Shown piece by piece: positions 7,101-11,071 of a stretch of 11,071 bases of DNA. The notes beneath the pieces are model-generated. The model had not been told where the DNA came from. It worked only from the letters and a program-made list of their open reading frames with translations, and searched no databases. The stretch lies in NCBI GenBank assembly GCA_964429995.1, contig CAYSDY010000005.1:20930-32000 (forward strand), written 5' to 3'. Every line of letters starts with the position of its first letter. Within the stretch, counting starts at the first letter, position 1. The position numbers were made by a program, and so were the translations under genes. This stretch comes from an uncultured Methanosarcinales archaeon. Its GTDB lineage: Archaea > Nanobdellota > Nanobdellia > Woesearchaeales > UBA583.

Positions 7101-7183
7101 CATATTAAGACTATTTGCTTAAAAGTTAGATTGAAGAATATTTTTTCTTCATATTCAAGCTGTTTAGGAATTTCATAAGCCAT
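4142..7183 (-). CDS. virB4: VirB3(PrgI-like)-VirB4 family T4SS ATPase fusion with an additional C-terminal PD-(D/E)xK nuclease-like domain (1013 aa)
   Basis: The N-terminus EIPKQLEYEEKIFFNLTFKQ plus two TM helices is PrgI/VirB3-like. The VirB4 N-domain motif is FYRTVIVKGYPRSVEPGFISTII...IDMSFHIEPF. Walker A is LILSTSGGGKSYF and Walker B is KKILLIDEAWLL, followed by GILLVTQDLEDL. About 150 extra residues follow the ATPase. The start overlaps the upstream gene's stop by 11 nt. Confidence 0.88.
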   Translation of the reverse strand: MAYEIPKQLEYEEKIFFNLTFKQIVLICIFMPFMILAIKSNLNIIFVYWFLVPLLVTMMIGFAFFDMMQFCKYMFFFLRNIVIEQDSDDMNDLIPISRIDDYKITILQNKTSGVKKEKRICVFKVMPIDFDILNDESKKDTLKCFEKLLNSLNNSIQIVVLTDSLVLDFTRQNHKINQNIADYAQLCSSYRVFLDDYIKKNHLRNKEFFVILEEFRNIDVESLIFSDNLKNLQIKPYLLKNDELIYFYRKFYNRENKTNMHYDFDSDKKSGFENKQAITHFTGPLKITGRLDYIKIDNRFYRTVIVKGYPRSVEPGFISTIIANNENIDMSFHIEPFKIEDVMIMLNRQIIKQRADLYAYTLNNSINPSLQIQHNDTLNVLESLQKGDERLFNITLSFSIHSDKKSEMDYLTEKVITSLNSVMLLCDVEKFRQAENYKINSPIRHNPVKNNKKNITSRALSAFFPFTSRFMENDEYGSLFGVNSNMIPIIRDVFKLPNANGLILSTSGGGKSYFSKLFLLRNFMMGTNIIIIDPQGEYMGITEYAKGKNIEISKEKKSIINPLDLLSQTYMQKRMSLLELFAIMLGELTFAQRTVLDKNLKEVYDLYGIFDESYESKKMPILEDLYKILEKNYKKASKMEQYSYESLINRLYIYVYGVFSFLNAQTSVNISDEAWINFDISKIHKQLKPVMMFIILEEIYTRMKKNSSVKKILLIDEAWLLINNSSDANYIFEIVKTCRKFNLGILLVTQDLEDLINSYNARAIITNISYTVLLKQKSAGIEMLSKMFNLSEKECNILKMADVGQGILILDNRHEALNIIASENEHRIITTNPNEKFYSKKYPLSRKEDCKIKIDTSKNVFESLMLTCEEKNYLMSTGFGIGNFVGLNDRRYKEYFVKTNNVESIEHTFLVEQLREYIQNKGYKVDVNVVKDADIIFYDKSKRLIAIEIETGKMFKFRKKSLLLKLHNLKLKYDKFYIVTTSYQVQKRYKIFLGSKSEIYNRKTIVEKLDMIL
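4325..4477 (-). other. Core of the putative PD-(D/E)xK (restriction-endonuclease-fold) domain, aa 903-953
   Basis: ESIEHTFLVEQLREYIQNKGYKVDVNVVKDADIIFYDKSKRLIAIEIETGK has an acidic residue in a helix, then a D-hhh strand, then an hhhh-E-h-x strand, then GK. This resembles NucS/DUF91- and Hjc-type cores, e.g. the pattern G-x-I-D-hh-x-x-D-x4-hhhh-E-h-K-x-G-K. Here the canonical K position is E950, and a K follows at 953. Confidence 0.45.
5027..5050 (-). other. Walker B (ILLIDEAW, aa 712-719)
   Basis: A hydrophobic strand followed by DEAW is the form typical of the VirB4/TraC/TrbE family. Confidence 0.85.
5648..5671 (-). other. Walker A / P-loop (STSGGGKS, aa 505-512)
   Basis: The reverse complement of 5648..5674 reads ctt tca act tct ggg gga gga aaa agc, which translates to LSTSGGGKS. 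Confidence 0.9.
6944..7183 (-). other. PrgI/VirB3-like membrane domain (aa 1-80)
   Basis: The motif IPKxLxxYxEKIFFxLTxKQ is followed by two hydrophobic helices (IVLICIFMPFMILAI; IIFVYWFLVPLLVTMMIGFAFF). Confidence 0.65.
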
Positions 7184-7958
7184 TTGCTGATACCTGCTGA
7201 TATTTTAGTGCATAAAAAAAACCTGCTATGTAAAGAATACTTACAAGCATAAGTCCTGCTGAATAGAAAAATGGTTTAAACAAAATTGCATCAGAACATA
7301 GTTTTTTTGTAATCATCATTATAAACGCTGAAGGGATTGACACAATATTAAAAAAAAGTATAATATTTAAAAAAAACATTCCAATCCTTCTTGTGTAAGT
7401 AATACATGTACAAAATATGACAAAAGGTAATAACACAATTCCTAATACAATTATTATAATTCTTATATAAAACAACAAAAGTGAGAACATAAGTACAATC
7501 GTTAATATTCCAAAAGCAATAATATCAAAATCTAAAAGCATATTGCTATCAATAACAAAATTTCTGCCTGCACTGTATGCAATTTGAGATATTATGTTAT
7601 TTAGTAAAGAGTACAAGTAAAATGATGCGTGTAAGAATATCATTGCAATAAGATTTTTTTTCAAGTTTTCCTTAGCATTATACCTTTTTTCAATAGCATA
7701 AGAAGAATTAATAAATTCAAATCCATTAAAACAGAGAACTATAACAAAGAAAAAAGATATTAGTTTAACATTAAACATCCACATATCCCTATATTCATCA
7801 AAATCAACATTGTAAGAATTTATGTATGTAAAAGCAGAAGAAAGAATATCGCTTGGAGACATAAAAAAAGATTTAAGATCAATAATCTCAAACCCATATA
7901 CATTTCCTATACCAATCAATATAAGTAAAGGCATTATGAATGCGATTTTCATCTTCAT
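7173..7958 (-). CDS. Polytopic membrane protein (~6-7 TM), VirB6/TrbL/CedA-like by topology and context (261 aa from the preferred start; the ORF track start at 7994 gives 273 aa)
   Basis: The preferred start is the ATG at 7958-7956, which forms an ATGA overlap with the TGA stop (7957-7955) of the upstream gene. It yields a signal-like N-terminus, MKMKIAFIMPLLILIGIGNVYG. Six or more further hydrophobic helices follow (e.g. LISFFFVIVLCF, IIAFGILTIVLMFSLLLFYI, IIIIVLGIVLLPFVIFCTCI, IGMFFLNIILFFNIVSIPSAFIMMI, AGLMLVSILYIAGFFYAL). The stop is TGA at 7173-7175. The function call rests on topology and position only. Confidence 0.8.
   Translation of the reverse strand: MKMKIAFIMPLLILIGIGNVYGFEIIDLKSFFMSPSDILSSAFTYINSYNVDFDEYRDMWMFNVKLISFFFVIVLCFNGFEFINSSYAIEKRYNAKENLKKNLIAMIFLHASFYLYSLLNNIISQIAYSAGRNFVIDSNMLLDFDIIAFGILTIVLMFSLLLFYIRIIIIVLGIVLLPFVIFCTCITYTRRIGMFFLNIILFFNIVSIPSAFIMMITKKLCSDAILFKPFFYSAGLMLVSILYIAGFFYALKYQQVSANGL
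7192..7195 (-). promoter_or_regulatory. Shine-Dalgarno-like AGGT 8 nt upstream of the virB4-like ATG
   Basis: The minus strand reads tcagcAGGTatcagcaaATG, inside the 3' end of the upstream gene. This fits coupled translation of an internal operon gene. Confidence 0.35.
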
Positions 7959-8317
7959 CCAAGTATAAAATTCACAATATAAGGAGCACTCCATATAATT
8001 ATTAGCCCTATTATTATGTAAACCATGGAATTTTTGGCATTATCTCTTTTTATATTATTATTTCCAGCAGTCATAAAGCTAAACCCTGCAAACAATATTG
8101 CGATCATTCCTATAATTGATCCTGCATACTTAAAAAGCATGTAAAGTTTTGCAACAGGCTTTAATATATTATCAAAGTTTTCTCTATCTTTTGTTGATAA
8201 ATCATCATCAATATCAAAACTTACCGAATCAGCATAAACTACATTTTCTGTAACCGATAAAAAATATAAGAAACAGAGCATAATTAGTATAAAAAAACAG
8301 TTTTTTTTTCTGTTCAT
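7955..8317 (-). CDS. Small secreted two-helix membrane protein, VirB2/TrbC/CedA1-type pilin candidate (120 aa)
   Basis: The signal peptide is MNRKKNCFFILIMLCFLYFLSVTENVVYA, followed by an acidic spacer. Hydrophobic helix 1 is LYMLFKYAGSIIGMIAILFAGFSFMTAG. A short basic loop, NNNIKRDNAKNS, joins it to hydrophobic helix 2, MVYIIIGLIIIWSAPYIVNFILG, at the C-terminus. It is the first gene of the operon. Confidence 0.8.
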   Translation of the reverse strand: MNRKKNCFFILIMLCFLYFLSVTENVVYADSVSFDIDDDLSTKDRENFDNILKPVAKLYMLFKYAGSIIGMIAILFAGFSFMTAGNNNIKRDNAKNSMVYIIIGLIIIWSAPYIVNFILG

Positions 8318-8338
8318 AAAACATATTTATCATTTAAG

Positions 8339-8346
8339 TTTAAAAA
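8339..8346 (-). promoter_or_regulatory. Candidate TATA box for the minus-strand three-gene operon
   Basis: The minus strand reads gaTTTTTAAActtaaatgataaatatgttttATG, with the box at -29..-22 relative to the ATG at 8317. No SD is visible, which suggests a leaderless first gene. Confidence 0.35.
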
Positions 8347-8488
8347 TCTTTCTATTTTTACAACTACAAAGTCATTAAAAACAAAACTAATTAAATAATG
8401 ACAAATCAAGGTTTCCTTGCGGTAAAACAGGCTTTTTGGATGAAAATAATAGGGGTTTATAAAGTTAATGTATCATTTTTTCGCAACC

Positions 8489-8498
8489 TTTATAAATA
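8489..8498 (+). promoter_or_regulatory. Strong TATA-consensus-like box (tttataaata), distal candidate promoter of the S-layer gene
   Basis: It matches the archaeal TTTAWATA-type consensus and lies ~210 nt upstream of the ATG at 8710, which would give a ~185-nt leader. Confidence 0.3.
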
Positions 8499-8609
8499 AA
8501 AAATGCCAATCTTATATTAGCCCTTGGAACAAGAATGAATATTTGGTTGTTTCATATTCGGGGGCTGGAAAAAAGTCAAATTGATTAATCAAAAAGTGGT
8601 AATAAATAA

Positions 8610-8616
8610 TTATATA
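8610..8616 (+). promoter_or_regulatory. Proximal TATA-like box (ttatata) upstream of the S-layer gene
   Basis: It lies ~95 nt upstream of the ATG at 8710. The implied ~70-nt leader would contain the weak hairpin 8657-8662/8674-8679 and the SD. Confidence 0.3.
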
Positions 8617-8693
8617 CCATTGATTATATCAGATTACTGTAAGTTCCTAAGCTAGGCAAGGTCTTGTAAGTGAACCTTGTACCGAATAAAAAA

Positions 8694-8698
8694 AGGTG
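8694..8698 (+). promoter_or_regulatory. Shine-Dalgarno (AGGTG) of the S-layer gene
   Basis: In aaaaAGGTGtaaaaacaaaaATG the motif is complementary to the CACCU of the 16S rRNA 3' end, with an 11-nt spacer. It is the clearest SD in the window, consistent with a highly expressed gene. Confidence 0.55.
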
Positions 8699-8709
8699 TA
8701 AAAACAAAA

Positions 8710-11071
8710 ATGAATAAATTAAGAAAAGCAACAAAAAGAATTGCTGCTATTGCAGCTTCAGCTGCTATGGTAAGTTCTGCTGTTTTTGGAGCAGGATTAA
8801 GCACATATCCTAACAATTTTGTTAAGAATGGCAAGTTTGTAGGTCAGGTTGTTGTAGGTTCAACAGCTGATGCTATGGATAGTACTTCAGCTTCAAGCGT
8901 TATTGAGGATTTGAAGGCAGAGTTCTCTGGAAGTTCTGAAAAAGTAGTAATTACTTATAAAAAATCAGGCTCAGGTGGAGAAGAATTAAATGCTGTAAGA
9001 AGCAATAATGAGTTAAACTACGGTGAGAACTTAGGAGATGTTACAGAACAGTCAGGTTTTGATTCTCGTGATATTGATGTTCTAGCAGATGGTAGATTCA
9101 GAAACGGTGTTTCAGATGAAGATTACGAACAGTTATTGTACGTAGCTTACGATAAGACAACTGGTTTTGGTAAATTCAACTACGCTTTAAGAGATAAAGT
9201 TGAAGATGTTAGAGACATTGTTGATGGTGTTTATTTTGAATACGATGATGTTTTTGCAATGTATGAGTTGTCACTTAAAACAGCAATAACAGGCACATTA
9301 ACAACATCTGCAAATAAGGATGACTTTATTGGTCAAGAACTTATAATAATGGGTAACGAATTCACAGTTGGTGATATTGCATTTACTGGTAACAATCTTG
9401 ATAAATTGGTATTACTTGGTGGAGCAAACAAGATATCATTAGGTGAAGGAGAAAGTACAAAAGTATCAATGGATGGCAAAGATTATGATATTGCTGTAAT
9501 GTCAGTTTCTGATACAAAAGTATTGTTGACTATAAACGGACAGTCAAGATCAATTTCAGAATACGATACAGAGGAGGTTTCAGGTATTACAGTTGCTGTT
9601 ACAGATTTAGTTTCATCTTCAAGAGATGCTGTAAAAGGTTATGCTGAGATAGTTGTTGGTGGAAACAAAGTTGAATTACTAGATGGTAACAAGCTTGTTA
9701 AAGTAAACAACGAAAAAATAAACGATATGTTTGAAGGTTATGAAATATGGTCTGACTTTACAGGTTCTGGAATTGATACAATACAGATTACATACAAAGT
9801 AAAGGACGATACATTATTGCAGAAAGGAGAGCACCTTGAAGATGTTTTATTCCAGTCTTTCAGATTAGTTTACGAAGGAACAAATGAACCAAAATACTCA
9901 ACAGTTGAAGTAAGAGTTAATGATGAGGATGTTAAGGTTTCTGGAAAAACAATTAGAGGAGAATCATTCTCAAGAGATTTGATACACCTAGGAGCTAAAA
10001 CAGCTGCTGACAGTATAGTTTACTTTAAAGGTAACAGAGCCGGAGACAGAACATTCTTTAGAAACTCTGAGGACTTTACAGCTGGTACAACAGGAACAGT
10101 AGGAGATTTAGCTGCAGCATTACTTGATGGAACAGCTCCAACATTCGACTTGACAAGTGCTAATACAAGAGGTTCAGGTTTCCTTTTATCAAAGGATAAT
10201 GATGAACAGTACATGTTTGAAATTAGAACTCTTGATACAAGTGATGTTGATAAAGAGATTGATTTCCTTGAATACCTAAGAGGTGGCGGAAAAGATGATA
10301 TTAAAGAGTCACAGTGGGAAACTAAATTAGCTTGGGGAGTAACAGGTTTATTAGATGGTACAAGTGCACCTACAAACAAAATATTAAATGTTACAAAACT
10401 TGGAAATCTTATAGGATTTGAGAATGATTTGTTACTAGACTTAACAAATGCTGAAACAATAGACATCAGTGCTACAACTCCAAAATTTGTATTCAAACTT
10501 GATAGTGCCGATACAAGAGGAGACAGTGCAACAGATGATCAGCAACAGGTAAGAGTTGAATTTGATCTTGATACAACAGATGATGAATTTATGATTAAAG
10601 GAGTTAGTTCATTAGATAGTACAGGAACACTTGCAACTTTTGCTAATGCAGGTTTTGAAAACAATGAATACAGAAATTCCGATAGAAAAACATACGTTGA
10701 TGTTTTCGGAACAAAAGTTGAATTTGATAACAAGGATAAAGAATTCGTAAGAATTATGGTTCCTGAAGAACAAGTTAGAGCAAATGTTAAATTAGTATTT
10801 GGTGCAGCTTCTGATTCATACACAGTAACAGTTGACGCTGATAAAGTTGACTCTAAAAAGAGTGAATTGAAAGCAGATGGTTACACAGTTGTAAAAGAAG
10901 AAAAACTAAGTGCTGAAGCAATAACATTTGATGTTAAATCAGCTGTTCTTGATACACAGGTTTCAGGTTCATCAGACATGATTGTTGTTGGTGGTCCAGC
11001 AATAAACTCAGTAGCAAGAAGTTTATTAGGTATAAATACATACACAATAGACCAAGCTGGCGTTTCTGAAA
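8710..11071 (+). CDS. Archaeal S-layer protein (Methanococcales/MJ0822-type S_layer_N family), 3'-truncated by the window edge (787 codons visible)
   Basis: I translated it by hand and found no stop from the ATG at 8710 to the end of the window. The N-terminus is MNKLRKATKRIAAIAASAAMVSSAVFGAGLSTYPNNFVKNGKFVGQVVVGSTADAMDSTSASSVIEDLKAEF, i.e. a signal peptide followed by the VVVG-x-x-A-x-x-D...(A/S)xxI motif of archaeal S-layer N-domains. The late motif SDMIVVGGPAINSVARSLLG resembles the conserved (L/V)VGGPxxN segment. Composition is acidic and T/G/V/D-rich with no Cys. Confidence 0.8.
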   Translation, partial: MNKLRKATKRIAAIAASAAMVSSAVFGAGLSTYPNNFVKNGKFVGQVVVGSTADAMDSTSASSVIEDLKAEFSGSSEKVVITYKKSGSGGEELNAVRSNNELNYGENLGDVTEQSGFDSRDIDVLADGRFRNGVSDEDYEQLLYVAYDKTTGFGKFNYALRDKVEDVRDIVDGVYFEYDDVFAMYELSLKTAITGTLTTSANKDDFIGQELIIMGNEFTVGDIAFTGNNLDKLVLLGGANKISLGEGESTKVSMDGKDYDIAVMSVSDTKVLLTINGQSRSISEYDTEEVSGITVAVTDLVSSSRDAVKGYAEIVVGGNKVELLDGNKLVKVNNEKINDMFEGYEIWSDFTGSGIDTIQITYKVKDDTLLQKGEHLEDVLFQSFRLVYEGTNEPKYSTVEVRVNDEDVKVSGKTIRGESFSRDLIHLGAKTAADSIVYFKGNRAGDRTFFRNSEDFTAGTTGTVGDLAAALLDGTAPTFDLTSANTRGSGFLLSKDNDEQYMFEIRTLDTSDVDKEIDFLEYLRGGGKDDIKESQWETKLAWGVTGLLDGTSAPTNKILNVTKLGNLIGFENDLLLDLTNAETIDISATTPKFVFKLDSADTRGDSATDDQQQVRVEFDLDTTDDEFMIKGVSSLDSTGTLATFANAGFENNEYRNSDRKTYVDVFGTKVEFDNKDKEFVRIMVPEEQVRANVKLVFGAASDSYTVTVDADKVDSKKSELKADGYTVVKEEKLSAEAITFDVKSAVLDTQVSGSSDMIVVGGPAINSVARSLLGINTYTIDQAGVSE

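Noticed and set aside
6860-7178. Two overlapping plus-strand ORFs (6860..7078 and 6969..7178)
   Set aside because: They are antisense to the PrgI-like N-terminal coding region of the ATPase gene. Their I/K/N-rich low-complexity translations are likely chance frames.
4142-8317. Integrated conjugative element or plasmid fragment bounded by att-type repeats
   Set aside because: I saw no integrase, relaxase or flanking direct or inverted repeats. One boundary has zero intergenic bases and the other is a core S-layer gene promoter region.
8398-8499. 33-aa plus-strand ORF (MTNQGFLAVKQAFWMKIIGVYKVNVSFFRNLYK) in the divergent intergenic region
   Set aside because: It has no SD, no recognisable motif, and ends inside the best TATA-like box. 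The region is more parsimoniously regulatory or leader sequence.
8318-8709. Possible tRNA or other structured RNA gene in the long intergenic region
   Set aside because: I could not fold a cloverleaf or find conserved tRNA boxes (no GTTCRANNC-like T-loop). Only short, weak hairpins are present. The region is kept only as a low-interest regulatory-region finding.
8652-8834. 60-aa minus-strand ORF spanning the S-layer start
   Set aside because: It is antisense to the S-layer gene's SD, start and signal-peptide region. Its hydrophobic appearance is the mirror of the Ala-rich signal peptide codons.
10020-10823. 158-aa and 94-aa minus-strand ORFs (10020..10496, 10539..10823)
   Set aside because: They are antisense to the continuous 787-codon S-layer frame. 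Their S/L/V/P-rich composition mirrors the T/G/D/E codons of the sense strand.
1-11071. CRISPR arrays, IS elements or transposase genes
   Set aside because: There are no regularly spaced short repeats, and no ORF has transposase, integrase or Cas-like motifs on either strand.

Overview
AT-rich window using the standard genetic code. I saw no rRNA, tRNA or CRISPR array. Hand-sampled GC is roughly 20-30% in the central minus-strand operon and 35-45% in the flanking surface-protein genes. It reads best as chromosomal DNA of a small-genome archaeon. A DPANN-like origin is only an inference, based on a Methanococcales-type S-layer protein, A/T-rich TATA-like boxes about 25-30 nt upstream of start codons, and very tight gene packing. 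Layout: (1) A plus-strand operon, <1..3663, encodes three secreted or anchored surface proteins: a 5'-truncated tail-fibre-like repeat protein, a DUF2341 + seven-blade RCC1-like propeller protein, and an N-terminally anchored helical protein. (2) 3764..4141 encodes a small membrane-anchored, possibly pilin-like protein. (3) A minus-strand, translationally coupled three-gene operon, 8317..4142, encodes a VirB2/TrbC-like two-helix pilin candidate, a VirB6/CedA-like polytopic membrane protein, and a 1013-aa VirB3(PrgI)-VirB4 ATPase fusion with an extra C-terminal PD-(D/E)xK nuclease-like domain. (4) A 392-bp divergent control region spans 8318..8709. (5) A large S-layer protein gene, 8710..>11071, runs off the window and is therefore missing from the supplied ORF track; three spurious antisense ORFs are listed in its place. 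Main hunt result: the minus-strand operon looks like a self-contained, minimal T4SS-derived apparatus. It is comparable in parts list to the archaeal Ced/Ted DNA-import systems but has a different architecture (VirB3 fusion plus nuclease-like tail). There is no relaxase or VirD4 coupling protein in the window. All domain calls come from motif recognition by eye, and no searches were run.
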